A DNA stretch of 64,000 nt from an uncultured Candidatus Saccharibacteria bacterium (GCA_964610985.1 CAZSZJ010000003.1:143-64142), one strand, 5' to 3'; counted from the stretch's first letter, positions 49,840 to 59,943 are shown. Notes: generated from the letters alone by a model not told the origin. Numbers and translations: made by a program.

Positions 49840-50682
49840 TTATATCATAGCAAAACGGCCTAAATGAGTACGGACCTTTTGCCACCAGGTCGACTCTGGC
49901 GGCCGCCGCTCACCCTGTCGGCAGATCAAATAGTAACCCGTATTGAATTGTTTGTCGTCATCGCCACCGGGATACTGGCGGAGAAGATCGTGAAAACCGT
50001 CTTCGTTATCAAACAGCATCACCCGCTCAGTAAAACCCGTAAGCTCAAGATTAGCGATTAGAGAAAGAAAGTCGGGGTGTCGGCCAGTGCCAAAGATGTG
50101 ATGGTAGCGCATAGTGTCAGTTTCTCGGATGATCAGCATGCCGTCTTTGGCCAGGACGCGAGCCTGTTCGCGGAGGATGGCCTCGACGCTGCGCGAGTGA
50201 ATTACCGAAGTCATTATAATGTCACGCATAAAGGTTTCGCGGATCGGAAGTTTTGTATTTTGTTCTCCATCTACAAAAGGCAGTTTTTGCGCATCAGCCC
50301 ATAAAAATGAGGCACGGGACATGCTGGGTGCGTCGCTCATTGTCTGCGCAAGCTGTTGTATGTCATCGGTAAAAATGTGACCATATTCTCCCCAACCCTT
50401 ATGTCGTTCAAGGCGTCCGCTGGAGTATGCGCTAGTACCGCCATCGATACCTACATAGTGCAGGCGTCCGAAGTCACGAGGACTGTCCATACAATACGGG
50501 GATACCGCCGGACCGACCTCCATATAGACACCGTCTTCAGGTTCATCGGCCAGGACGGTACCTAGCATTTGTCCCCGGACTTCGTCGTCTACCGAGGTAC
50601 TGGGCAGTCGACCTCTACCATCCTGGCGATACAAATAGTTATGGTAGTCCGAATCGCTCGGGAAGGCGTCATATGTTTTCAT
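49840..50682 (-). CDS. class I SAM-dependent methyltransferase (type 11-like)
   Basis: YMEVGPAV (motif I-like), YVGIDGG, LWADAQKLPF and ILREQARVLAKDGMLIIRE. Confidence 0.65.
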   Translation of the reverse strand: MKTYDAFPSDSDYHNYLYRQDGRGRLPSTSVDDEVRGQMLGTVLADEPEDGVYMEVGPAVSPYCMDSPRDFGRLHYVGIDGGTSAYSSGRLERHKGWGEYGHIFTDDIQQLAQTMSDAPSMSRASFLWADAQKLPFVDGEQNTKLPIRETFMRDIIMTSVIHSRSVEAILREQARVLAKDGMLIIRETDTMRYHHIFGTGRHPDFLSLIANLELTGFTERVMLFDNEDGFHDLLRQYPGGDDDKQFNTGYYLICRQGERRPPESTWWQKVRTHLGRFAMI

Positions 50683-50856
50683 GCAGCTATACTACAGCAA
50701 TAAGCTGAAGATTGTCATGATGCGCCCTTTAGATCACTACTAAGACCAGGGCGCGACTTATGGGTCGATTCTCTTGTCCATGAAGTCAAAATTTACACTT
50801 TCGCATTCAGCACGATAAACGTTACAATTATTATGACGTAATTGCATAACTAAATC

Positions 50857-51942
50857 ATGCGCAACAAAAACACAGCAAAACCAAAACACAACGGAACACA
50901 GCTTAAGCATATCCCGTTCTACCTCCATAAACTTTTCTTATGGCCGGTAGGCATTGTACTGGGCCTGATTATTGCTACTTTTCTTGCTTTTCAGCTCAGT
51001 CCCTGGCCGAGCGCCATGCTCGTACGGCATGTTTTTACCAGCAATGACAAATCCGTTTTGGATGCACTGCAGAAGCATACGCCCACAACCCCCGTTACCG
51101 TTATCGCCGATCAACAGTATAAATCAGGCGACAAAAATGCTTTTCTCGATATATACACTCCAACTTCGGCAGTACAATCCGGCCAGAAGCTACCCGTCAT
51201 AATATGGACACACGGCGGCGCCTGGGTATCGGGAGACAAAAGTGATACTGGCCCTTACTACAAACTACTGGCGGCAGAAGGCTTTACCGTAGTTTCATTG
51301 AACTACACGCGGGCGCCCGAAAAGAAGTACCCTGCCCAAATTTTTGAACTCAACGAAGCCCACGCGTATATACGCTCCAATTCTGCTCGTCTTCATATTG
51401 ATCCCAACAAAATCTTTTTTGCCGGCGATTCTGCGGGATCACAGCTTTCCGCCCAGATGGCAACTATTATCACCAATCCGGCCTACGCCAAAGATCTCGG
51501 AATTACGCCAACTTTAAAACCTTCACAACTAGCTGGCGCTATTCTTTTTTGCGGCATTTATAAAATGGAAGGCCTTACCGAGGCGAATCCGAACTTGCCC
51601 AAACTTGTAAATTGGGGGGACGATCAGGTTATGTGGGCATTTAGTGGAAGCCGGAATAAATCAGGCCCTCTTATTTACCAGATGTCACCGTACTATCACG
51701 TTACGAAAGATTTTCCGGCCACTTTTGTGAGCGGCGGCAACGGCGACCCGCTTACCGATAAACAGTCCGTCCCGCTCGCAAATAAACTACAAGGCCTGGG
51801 CGTTTCAGTCACCTCGCTTTTCTACCCGTCAAACCACCAGCCCAGTCTTCCCCATGAATACCAGTTCAACCTTGACACGGCAGATGGCCAGCAAGCACTT
51901 GCGCGGCTTCTCAAATTCTTAGAGCAAATATTCCCCCGGTAA
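50857..51942 (+). CDS. membrane-anchored alpha/beta hydrolase (esterase/lipase, HSL-like)
   Basis: N-terminal TM (LWPVGIVLGLIIATFLAF). Oxyanion HGGAW and nucleophile elbow GDSAGSQL. Confidence 0.85.
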   Translation: MRNKNTAKPKHNGTQLKHIPFYLHKLFLWPVGIVLGLIIATFLAFQLSPWPSAMLVRHVFTSNDKSVLDALQKHTPTTPVTVIADQQYKSGDKNAFLDIYTPTSAVQSGQKLPVIIWTHGGAWVSGDKSDTGPYYKLLAAEGFTVVSLNYTRAPEKKYPAQIFELNEAHAYIRSNSARLHIDPNKIFFAGDSAGSQLSAQMATIITNPAYAKDLGITPTLKPSQLAGAILFCGIYKMEGLTEANPNLPKLVNWGDDQVMWAFSGSRNKSGPLIYQMSPYYHVTKDFPATFVSGGNGDPLTDKQSVPLANKLQGLGVSVTSLFYPSNHQPSLPHEYQFNLDTADGQQALARLLKFLEQIFPR

Positions 51943-52048
51943 AGCATACTGGCACTCTTGACTATCGAGTGCTAGTTTTCTATAATCAATACAGAAGCCA
52001 GTTATGCTTCTCTCAGATTTATATACCTATAAAGAAAGGAGAATTATA

Positions 52049-52480
52049 ATGAGCAGTCTTGTAAAGTGGGATCCTTTTGCAGAGTTAAGCGCTTTGCAAA
52101 AACAGTTCTTTGGAGACGACTTTATGACGCCATTCAAGGGTGTAAATATTCCCACGACCGATGTATACACCAAAGACAACCAACTCAAAGTCGAGGCGCA
52201 CTTGCCAAACTTTGAACAAAAAGACGTGAACATTCAGGTAGAAAATAATGCCCTCGTGATTAGCGCTGAGCGCCACGAAAAAGAGGAAGATAAAGACAAG
52301 AAGTACGTCGTCCGCGAAAGCTCCAGCAGCTTTTACCGGCGCATTGCCCTGCCCGAACGAGCCGATGTTGATAAGATTGAAGCTCATTTGGACGATGGTG
52401 TTCTGAAGGTAAGCATACCCCTTACGCCGCTCCCCGAGCCCAAAAAAATAGCTATTGCCGCTTCTAACAAAAAGAAGTAA
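52049..52480 (+). CDS. small heat shock protein, Hsp20/alpha-crystallin family
   Basis: ATG at 52049 lies 7 nt after AAGGAG. Alpha-crystallin domain (VEAHLPNFEQKDVNIQVENNALVISAERH ... FYRRIALPERADVDKIEAHLDDGVLKVSIP). Confidence 0.9.
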   Translation: MSSLVKWDPFAELSALQKQFFGDDFMTPFKGVNIPTTDVYTKDNQLKVEAHLPNFEQKDVNIQVENNALVISAERHEKEEDKDKKYVVRESSSSFYRRIALPERADVDKIEAHLDDGVLKVSIPLTPLPEPKKIAIAASNKKK

Positions 52481-52492
52481 TCAAGACATGTT

Positions 52493-52527
52493 AAAAAAGA
52501 GGCCCTCATAACAGGCCTCTTTTTTTG
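52493..52527. terminator. bidirectional intrinsic terminator
   Basis: AAAAAAGAGGCC-ctcataaca-GGCCTCTTTTTTT between convergent genes (hsp20 and the 64-aa ORF). Confidence 0.75.
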
Positions 52528-52540
52528 TGTGTGGTTGAAT

Positions 52541-52735
52541 TTACCTATTTGATTTTGGCGGTCGAGAGGAGGGCTTAACGCCTGTACCTTCACCCGTGAC
52601 GAGACGCTTCATACGCTCACTTAAAGGCACTCGACTGACCGCAATTCTTCCAGATGAAGATGACGCAGCCTTAATAATTCGCTGGTTTGCTTGCATCTGC
52701 TCTCGAATAATATTCGCTTGATCATGATTGGTCAT
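52541..52735 (-). CDS. hypothetical small protein (64 aa), weakly supported
   Basis: The ATG overlaps the stop of the upstream gene (ATGA-type), and a terminator lies just downstream. Polar, low-complexity sequence with no family recognised. Confidence 0.35.
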   Translation of the reverse strand: MTNHDQANIIREQMQANQRIIKAASSSSGRIAVSRVPLSERMKRLVTGEGTGVKPSSRPPKSNR

Positions 52736-53265
52736 ATACTTACCTCATGCGTGGTGGTCGTATCCCAAGCCACACCATTATTATCTAAATGAGAGTACAC
52801 CCTTATCGCCTTTGTTGTATTCTGAATTATAAACTCAAACAGTAACGGCTGTTTCGCCCCAGGTTCAACGCAAATGCCGGGCGGGAACGCCCTACCTCCA
52901 AGAAGACCAAGTTTGTATGTTGGTGAAAGGTCTTGTGATTCTATGGAATTGGCAAGATAGGGTTTTAATTCCTCAATGGTCACTTCACTGGTCGTGTCTT
53001 CGGCAATCATAGGCCGGATAACAACATTCCCTGTGTTTTGTATTGTTACGGTCACCGCTACGTATGTTGTTCCGTTTTCCAAATCAATAAATGTCACGCC
53101 GTGCTCGATATTCGCGCGCGGTGCCTTTTCTCGACGCTTATAAAACCACCACAGACCAGCGATGATAGCAGCTATCGTGAAAAAGGAGGCTATGCTGTCT
53201 ATATTATTAAAAACAGAAACACAGATTTGGCCAAGTTCCATTAATAACTCTTTTAGCTTTTCCAT
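52732..53265 (-). CDS. membrane-anchored hypothetical protein
   Basis: The ORF-track start at 53301 is TTG; ATG at 53265 was chosen. TM FFTIAAIIAGLWWFY, then a beta-rich domain of about 130 aa. No family recognised. Confidence 0.5.
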   Translation of the reverse strand: MEKLKELLMELGQICVSVFNNIDSIASFFTIAAIIAGLWWFYKRREKAPRANIEHGVTFIDLENGTTYVAVTVTIQNTGNVVIRPMIAEDTTSEVTIEELKPYLANSIESQDLSPTYKLGLLGGRAFPPGICVEPGAKQPLLFEFIIQNTTKAIRVYSHLDNNGVAWDTTTTHEVSI

Positions 53266-53302
53266 TTGCGCCTGAGTATACCACAGGTTGCTTAATGGCA
53301 AA

Positions 53303-54445
53303 TTATACTACGAGCTTACTTCTTGCCTGATTAGCAGTCCTCAAAACTTCTTCGACCGAGCTTCCTAGTACCGTAATATGCCCGATTTTCCGCGCCTTAC
53401 GCGATGATTTGCCATAGAGATGGGGATGAGTATCCGGTAGTGCCAAAACCCTATCCATGCCTTCTCTTGTTAGTGGCTCCTCGCGCCGGCCTAGAATGTT
53501 AATCATGGCTGCCGCTGGCGAACGCATTGCTGTCGAGCCAAGCGGCATTCCGGTTATTGCTCTGATGTGTTGCTCAAATTGCGACGTAACGTTAGCTTCA
53601 ATTGTATGATGGCCAGAATTATGAACTCTTGGCGCAATCTCGTTAATGATCACGCCGCCTTCGGTTGCAAACATTTCAATAGCGAATATGCCTGCCCCGC
53701 CTAGCTGTTTAAGTGTTTCGTGAGCAATTTCCTGGGCATTTGAAATCAGTTCCGGCCTGACGCGCGCAGGCGTAACGACCGTATGGCAGATGTTATCCTG
53801 ATGTACCGTTTCGGCTGTGGGATAAATGGCTATATTGCCCTGCATATCCCTGGCCGCAACTACGGACAGCTCCTTTTCAAATGGTACGACTTTTTCGGCG
53901 TACAGATTGCTCCAATCGCTGCCAAGCACCGCATCTACACGATCATAATTGCCGTCAAAGAGCAGGTTGCCGCGTCCATCATATCCGCCGGTTCTTGTTT
54001 TAAGTATTACCGAACCACCCAGTCTATGGACAATTTCATCGAGGTAGTCCGCTTTGTCGCCATCAGTTTCTTGATAAATGAGAGGCACAGATTCAGCGAC
54101 AGGCAACCCGGCTCTCATGAGCATTTGCTTCTGGGTATACTTATCCTGGATAACGGCGAGCGTTTCGGGAGAAGGCTGCACGTTATACCCTTCGTTTGCC
54201 AAATCTAACAGTACGCCGGTATTAATGTGCTCTATTTCCCAGGTTACAACATCTGTTTGCTCGGCAAGCCGCCTAATAGCGTCGGCATCTTTTAGGCCGC
54301 CCATAATTTGTTTTGCTCCCGCCTTTGTGGCCGGGCAATCGGGCGAAGCTTCAACGACCGTTACCAGATAGCCCAATGGATGAGCTGCTTCAGTAAGCAT
54401 TCTTCCTAACTGACCACCCCCAACAATACCAATGCTCTCAATCAT
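53303..54445 (-). CDS. purK: N5-carboxyaminoimidazole ribonucleotide synthase-like ATP-grasp protein
   Basis: IGIVGGGQLGRML N-terminus, ATP-grasp core (DKYTQKQML...GLPV, ILKTRTGGYDGRG, EMF...INEIAPRVHNSGH). The ORF-track start at 54457 is GTG; ATG at 54445 gives the canonical N-terminus. Confidence 0.8.
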   Translation of the reverse strand: MIESIGIVGGGQLGRMLTEAAHPLGYLVTVVEASPDCPATKAGAKQIMGGLKDADAIRRLAEQTDVVTWEIEHINTGVLLDLANEGYNVQPSPETLAVIQDKYTQKQMLMRAGLPVAESVPLIYQETDGDKADYLDEIVHRLGGSVILKTRTGGYDGRGNLLFDGNYDRVDAVLGSDWSNLYAEKVVPFEKELSVVAARDMQGNIAIYPTAETVHQDNICHTVVTPARVRPELISNAQEIAHETLKQLGGAGIFAIEMFATEGGVIINEIAPRVHNSGHHTIEANVTSQFEQHIRAITGMPLGSTAMRSPAAAMINILGRREEPLTREGMDRVLALPDTHPHLYGKSSRKARKIGHITVLGSSVEEVLRTANQARSKLVV

Positions 54446-54616
54446 CTCTAGAAACACCCCTCTTATTATGATTGGTTAACAGTAGCATAAGCCGGTAATT
54501 GCGGCGTGTGGATTTTTCGCAAGACAGGCTTGCACTTTAGGGTCACTTATTTGTACAGTCGGAAGCGTGGAAGAATTAACCTTATTGTATTACCCGCCTG
54601 ATGGGAATGTTCTTGC

Positions 54617-55399
54617 TTACGGCCGAAGCGTACCCACAAACACTTGCCATGCCAGTGCGCTCTTGGCCAGCAGGCTTAAGACGATGTAGGCTTTTTCGCC
54701 GTACAGGTAGTCGCGCCATTTGCCAATTCTTTTGTATTGCAAAATCATATTGACTGCGAAACAGTTGAAGAACAGGAAGATACTGGCGTAGATGTAGTAG
54801 ACGAAGGTTGGAATCTCACCAGATCCATAATTCTCACCAGCCCAAAAGTAGATACCGATAACCACCCAAGGCAAGATACCGGCCAGGGTGCCTATATTAT
54901 AGGCGAGCCAGCTAACCTTTTCGCGGCCCTGGTTATAGAGCTCCATAGCCAGGCCCATCAGGTTCATGATGGCCGTCAGCCCAAAAATCATGACCAGCGA
55001 ACCAAGATCGTATATACCGGATAATAGGGCGATGCCGACCATCATGGTGCTGGCGCTGAGGGCATATTCAATCCACCGCACTTTATTAATGCCGTGTTTC
55101 AAATTGGCTTCATAACGCCTGCAGTAAATAGTCGCCACAAATAGATGCGCTACTGCGCTCAGCAAGAAGAAGGTCACTACAAGGTAAGCGAGATTAACGT
55201 CAAATATTGGCTGGGTTGCCGACGCCAAAACCGGCTTGTCCGGCGTAGACGGATCGAGTGTTAGGTGGTTGGCTGTGACGCTCCATATACCGCGGTTCGG
55301 GTCACTCAATATAAAAACGGCCAGGGCTTGTACAGCGTGCAGCCCGGCCATGATCAAATTAAATCTTACCAAGCCTTTGGTAGCAATCTTTTTAGGCAT
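54617..55399 (-). CDS. heliorhodopsin (7-TM retinal-binding photoreceptor)
   Basis: 260 aa with seven hydrophobic helices. Close by-eye match to HeR 48C12, as remembered: VRWIEYALSAS (48C12 RWVEYSLSSS, counterion Glu = E111 here), GEKAYIVLSLLAKSALAWQVFVGTL (48C12 GERAYIVLSLVAKSALAWQIFSGTL, Schiff-base Lys = K246 here). The conserved His residues are present as H21 and H85. Confidence 0.9.
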   Translation of the reverse strand: MPKKIATKGLVRFNLIMAGLHAVQALAVFILSDPNRGIWSVTANHLTLDPSTPDKPVLASATQPIFDVNLAYLVVTFFLLSAVAHLFVATIYCRRYEANLKHGINKVRWIEYALSASTMMVGIALLSGIYDLGSLVMIFGLTAIMNLMGLAMELYNQGREKVSWLAYNIGTLAGILPWVVIGIYFWAGENYGSGEIPTFVYYIYASIFLFFNCFAVNMILQYKRIGKWRDYLYGEKAYIVLSLLAKSALAWQVFVGTLRP

Positions 55400-55416
55400 G
55401 TTGAATCTGCAAAGAC

Positions 55417-55632
55417 TTACGCTTTTTTAGCGCTGCTCATCATCTTGACCAGGGTATATATGCCGTAAAGGGAGGCAACACCCACAAGAGCATAAATGAC
55501 TCGCGATACGCCGGATTCCACGCCAAAGATTTCGTCCACCAGATTGTACTTCATCCAACCGACAAGGCCCCAGTTAAAACCGCCAATAATAAGTAGTAGC
55601 ATTGCCAGCTTGTCTAATGCATCCATTTTCAT
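55417..55632 (-). CDS. DUF378 family small membrane protein
   Basis: 71 aa. LLLIIGGFNWGLVGW...SRVIYALVGVASLYGIY matches the DUF378 pattern (IGalNWGlvG ... iiY.lvGlaal). AAGGGTGGG SD upstream. Confidence 0.8.
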   Translation of the reverse strand: MKMDALDKLAMLLLIIGGFNWGLVGWMKYNLVDEIFGVESGVSRVIYALVGVASLYGIYTLVKMMSSAKKA

Positions 55633-55713
55633 ATTCCCACCCTTTGTTGTTATTTATACTTAAAGCATAAGCCTTGTTAGCTAAATTAGCAATGGGTTAT
55701 GGTGAACGCTGCA

Positions 55714-58092
55714 TTATGGATTTAACGGATTCCACTGCCAGTTGCGAACCTCCGGCATATCAATGCCATGCACCTTAATATACTCGGCGTGTTCGATCAG
55801 TTTTTGCTGCATAAGCTGCTTCAGCTCCAAGGCCTCGGCACCCGTAATACCGCCGTAGTCAATAGCGTCTATAACCAAACGGAACCGGTCCATATCGTTG
55901 CGCACCGTCATATCGAAGGCGGTTGTAATTGTACCCTCCTCCTTGTAACCGCGCACATGCAGATTGCGATTGGCACGGCGATACGTCAGACGGTGGACAA
56001 CCCACGGATAACCATGGAAGGCGAAGATAATCTGTTTGTTCTTGGTAAATAACGCATCATACTCCATGTCGCTTAAGCCGTGCGGATGTTCCGTGTCGGG
56101 CTGAAGCCGCATAAGATCGACTACATTCACAACGCGGACGCTTAAATGCGGCAGACGTTCGCGAAGGATGGATACGGCCGCAAGAGTTTCCAGTGTAGGC
56201 ACGTCACCGGCGCAGGCCATAACTACATCGGGTTCACCGCCATGGTCGTTGCTCGCCCAATCCCACACGCCCACGCCTTTAGAGCAGTGCTCGATAGCCT
56301 CGTCCATGGACAGCCACTGCGGACTGTCATGTTTGCCGGTGATAGTCAGGTTGATGTAGTTACGGCTTCTCAAGCAATGATCCATGGTAGACAGTAAGCA
56401 GTTCGCATCAGGTGGTAAGTAGATGCGTACAACCGCCGCCTTTTTGTTGAGCAAGTGGTCAATGAAGCCGGGGTCCTGGTGCGTAAAACCATTGTGATCC
56501 TGCCGCCACACATGCGAGGTCAGCAGATAATTGAGTGACGCGATCTCGTGTCGCCACGGCAACTCACTGCACATCTTAATCCATTTGGCGTGCTGGTTGA
56601 CCATGGAGTCGACAATGCGGATGAAGGCTTCGTAACTGTGAAAAATGCCATGACGTCCTGTAAGTAAGTAGCCCTCCAGCCAGCCCTGAGCTTGATGCTC
56701 GCTGAGCATAGAATCCAGTACCGAGCCGGTTGTTGCCAAAGATTCATCTGTTGGCCTAATGCGTGCCGACCATTGCCTGTTGGTTGCTTCAAGGACCGCC
56801 TCCAATCTGTTAGAGACAAGCTCGTCCGGACCAAATATCCTAAAGTTATGATGTTCTTCATTATGCTTCACTACATCCCGCAAATATGGGCCAAGTGCAT
56901 GAACATTTCCCTCGTTGGCGGCGCCGCGGTACTCGACCGTAACGGCATAGTCGCGGAAGTCCGGCAATTCTAGCTCACGCAAGAAACTGCCGCCGTTGGC
57001 ATGAGGATTCGCTCCCATGCGGTGCTGACCGACGGGCGCTAATGCGGCAAGCTCTGGCAGTAACGTACCGTTTTGATCAAACAGCTCTTCCGGCTTATAG
57101 CTTTTTAGCCAGTCTTCGAGGACCGCCACATTATCCGGGTGGGCAGCATCGACAGCGAGCGGCACCTGGTGCGACCGGAAATTTCCTTCTATCTGTTTGC
57201 CGTCAATGGTTTTCGGCCCTGTCCAGCCCTTCGGCGAGGCGAGTACGATCATAGGCCAGCGCGGCCGGGTGGTGTCGCCGTTATTCCGGGCATTGTCCTG
57301 AATTCGCTTAATCTCACGAATTGCTTCGTCGAGTTTCGCGGCCATAAGCTGATGCATCTGCATCGGATCATCGCCTTCCACAAAATAGGGCGTCCAGCCA
57401 TAGCCACGAAAGAGCTGCTCCAGCTCATCGTGTTCGATTCTAGCAAGAATAGTAGGGTTGCTAATCTTATACCCGTTAAGATGCAAAATTGGCAGTACCA
57501 CGCCATCGGTTTTCGGGTTAATAAATTTATTGGAATGCCAGGCAGTCGCGAGCGGGCCCGTTTCGGCCTCGCCGTCACCGACAACACAGGCGGCAATAAG
57601 ATCAGAATTGTCGAAAACCGCGCCAAATGCATGGCTTAGGCTGTAGCCGAGTTCACCACCTTCATGAATTGATCCGGGTATTTGCGGGGAGACATGACTG
57701 GATAGCCCTCCCGGAAAAGAGGACATCTTGAATAGCTGTTTAAGCCCGGTTTCGTTTTGCGCGACTTTAGGGTAACACTCCGTAAATGTACCCTCCAGGT
57801 ACACATTGCTGACCAAGGCGGGTCCGCCGTGACCCGGGCCGGATAGGTAGATCGTATTAAGACCATATTCTTTAATAACCCGGTTCAGATGAACATATAT
57901 AAAGTTCTGGCCGGGGGCGGTGCCCCAGTGTCCGAGCTGTAGCTTCTTAACATGCTCTAGGCGTAACGGCTCTTTGAGCAATGGATTATCGCATAGATAA
58001 ATCTGCCCTACAGACAAATAATTAGTTGCCCGCCAATAGGCGTCAATAGCATGCAGTGTCTTCTCGTCTAGTATGTTCTCGCCTTGATTCAT
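55714..58092 (-). CDS. xfp: xylulose-5-phosphate/fructose-6-phosphate phosphoketolase
   Basis: 792 aa. [27 protein letters not shown] and [16 protein letters not shown] signatures. Confidence 0.95.
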   Translation of the reverse strand: MNQGENILDEKTLHAIDAYWRATNYLSVGQIYLCDNPLLKEPLRLEHVKKLQLGHWGTAPGQNFIYVHLNRVIKEYGLNTIYLSGPGHGGPALVSNVYLEGTFTECYPKVAQNETGLKQLFKMSSFPGGLSSHVSPQIPGSIHEGGELGYSLSHAFGAVFDNSDLIAACVVGDGEAETGPLATAWHSNKFINPKTDGVVLPILHLNGYKISNPTILARIEHDELEQLFRGYGWTPYFVEGDDPMQMHQLMAAKLDEAIREIKRIQDNARNNGDTTRPRWPMIVLASPKGWTGPKTIDGKQIEGNFRSHQVPLAVDAAHPDNVAVLEDWLKSYKPEELFDQNGTLLPELAALAPVGQHRMGANPHANGGSFLRELELPDFRDYAVTVEYRGAANEGNVHALGPYLRDVVKHNEEHHNFRIFGPDELVSNRLEAVLEATNRQWSARIRPTDESLATTGSVLDSMLSEHQAQGWLEGYLLTGRHGIFHSYEAFIRIVDSMVNQHAKWIKMCSELPWRHEIASLNYLLTSHVWRQDHNGFTHQDPGFIDHLLNKKAAVVRIYLPPDANCLLSTMDHCLRSRNYINLTITGKHDSPQWLSMDEAIEHCSKGVGVWDWASNDHGGEPDVVMACAGDVPTLETLAAVSILRERLPHLSVRVVNVVDLMRLQPDTEHPHGLSDMEYDALFTKNKQIIFAFHGYPWVVHRLTYRRANRNLHVRGYKEEGTITTAFDMTVRNDMDRFRLVIDAIDYGGITGAEALELKQLMQQKLIEHAEYIKVHGIDMPEVRNWQWNPLNP

Positions 58093-58110
58093 AGCCCACC
58101 CTTTTGTCTT

Positions 58111-59286
58111 TTACATTAATCGAGCCGTTTCGCGTGCGATAGTGGCTGCCTCATCGGTAGGAATAACATGCACGCCAACCCGTCCGCCATCAGCCGAAAT
58201 GAGACGCGCGCCTTCCTGGTTGTGGGCAGCATCGATAGTAATGCCCAAGAACTCCAGCCCAGTGCATATCCTGGCCCTAATCTCTGGAGCGTTTTCACCG
58301 ATACCGCCGGTAAACACCAAAGTATGCATGCCGCTGAGCGCTGCCGCAAAGCCGCCGATGCTCTTTTTGACGTGGTAGCAGAATGTATCTACTGCCTCTT
58401 TTGCGCGTTCGTCTTCTGTCTCGATTTCGAGCAGCTTCTTCATATCGGCCGTGGTTTCGGAGATGCCAAGCAAACCCGACTCGAAATTGACCATGCGGTT
58501 AAAGCGTTCGGCGTCATAGCCCAGCGTGCGTGCGAAGTAGAGCGCCAGGCCGGGGTCGAGATCGCCGGACCGAGTGCTCATCGGTATGCCGGAGGCAGGG
58601 GTCATACTCATCGTCGTATCGATAGGTTTGCCGTTTTGGAGGGCGGCCAAGCTTGCGCCGCTGCCCAGATGAGCGATGATGACTTTGCCGTTTGCTGCCG
58701 TTTCACCCTCAACCCGCCGCAATTCCTCTAGAATGTAGGCATACGATAGACCGTGGAAACCGTAGCGGCGCAAGCCTTTCGCCTCGAAATGGCGTGGGAT
58801 TGGCAACCGCCGTGATTGTGCCGGCAGATCGTGATGGAAGGCCGTGTCAAAACAGAGCATTTGTTGCGCCTGCGGTAATATATTTTGAAAGACCGTAACG
58901 AGTTCCAGCTCGATTGGCAAATGCTCAGGATCGAAGGCTACCAACTTTTGCAAGTCCGTAAGCGCTTCGTCAGTCGCGACTAGTGTTTCATGATAGTCCG
59001 GCCCGCCATGCACAATACGGTGGCCGACTGCCCTTATAGATGCAACGGCGACTTGAGCGGTCAGCCACTCCATTAGTAGTTTGCCGGCGTCCGAGTGATT
59101 ATCTACGGTAACTAGTCTCGCGCCGTCAGGCATTACAAGCCTTGCTGACGGCTGGCCGATGTTTTCGATGACTACCTCGAGCACTTTTTGAGTGGGATGA
59201 TGCGCGGCAAATAAGGCAAGCTTGATGCTCGACGATCCGGCATTAACCGTCAGGATATAGGTATCACTACTACTCGTTGCTTCCAT
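58111..59286 (-). CDS. ackA: acetate kinase
   Basis: 391 aa. ILTVNAGSSSIKLALF, VGHRIVHGG, FDTAFHH and AHLGSGASL motifs. 18 nt upstream of xfp. Confidence 0.95.
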   Translation of the reverse strand: MEATSSSDTYILTVNAGSSSIKLALFAAHHPTQKVLEVVIENIGQPSARLVMPDGARLVTVDNHSDAGKLLMEWLTAQVAVASIRAVGHRIVHGGPDYHETLVATDEALTDLQKLVAFDPEHLPIELELVTVFQNILPQAQQMLCFDTAFHHDLPAQSRRLPIPRHFEAKGLRRYGFHGLSYAYILEELRRVEGETAANGKVIIAHLGSGASLAALQNGKPIDTTMSMTPASGIPMSTRSGDLDPGLALYFARTLGYDAERFNRMVNFESGLLGISETTADMKKLLEIETEDERAKEAVDTFCYHVKKSIGGFAAALSGMHTLVFTGGIGENAPEIRARICTGLEFLGITIDAAHNQEGARLISADGGRVGVHVIPTDEAATIARETARLM

Positions 59287-59462
59287 AGACCTTATGTTTA
59301 TTTTACCCTCTTCCTATGTTATGTCAGAATTAAATTGAAAAATGTGGAAAGATCAACAGAAATATCCGCAGGCCTGCCGCATTGCTACGATCATGCGCAA
59401 ATGGAAATAATAAGTTTGTAATGTGGTCTTAATTGCAATTAAGGGGGAGTAGAATTAAGAAG

Positions 59463-59879
59463 ATGGAGCTGAAAAGAAGGAAAGATATGAGCAAACGAAA
59501 AGAAGATATTTTTACACGATTTACCACAATAGCGTCTGCCTGGCTGGGGCGACCATGGATATTCATTAGCGCACTTACTGTGCTCATCCTCTGGGGGATT
59601 AGCGGACCCGTTTTGGGTTTTTCCGATACCTGGCAACTCATTATCAATACAAGTACAACCATTGTTACGTTCCTTATGGTATTTATTATTCAAAATACGC
59701 AGAACCGCGACAATTTGGCCATTAATATAAAGCTTGATGCGATTATGCAAAAGCATGGCATAACCGACGAAGATCTTGTTGAGGCCGAAGAGGCCAGCGA
59801 CCGGAGCCTTGAACGACACGTACAAAAGGTACAAAAACAGACAGAAAAGAAGTCGCTAGCCAAAAGACGCAAAAAATGA
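59463..59879 (+). CDS. low-affinity iron permease-family membrane protein
   Basis: FTRFTTIASAWLGRPWIFISALTVLILW...DTWQLIINTSTTIVTFLMVFIIQNTQNRD matches the bacterial 'low affinity iron permease' pattern. The ORF-track start at 59433 is TTG. Candidate starts are ATG 59463 and ATG 59487; the latter has a better-spaced GAAGGAAAG. Confidence 0.7.
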   Translation: MELKRRKDMSKRKEDIFTRFTTIASAWLGRPWIFISALTVLILWGISGPVLGFSDTWQLIINTSTTIVTFLMVFIIQNTQNRDNLAINIKLDAIMQKHGITDEDLVEAEEASDRSLERHVQKVQKQTEKKSLAKRRKK

Positions 59880-59943
59880 CCGTTACGTAGCAACAACTAA
59901 AGGCTCTATAGCTTCGCCTCTTCTCTTGCTTTATTTCGGTAAA

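Noticed and set aside
54446-54616. Possible purine or ZTP riboswitch upstream of the purK-like gene
   Set aside because: Reading the minus strand, I could not find the conserved cores. The only ZTP-like string (cccgcctgatggg) is on the plus strand, which is the wrong orientation. The small GCAAG-cctgt-CTTGC hairpin has no U-tract.
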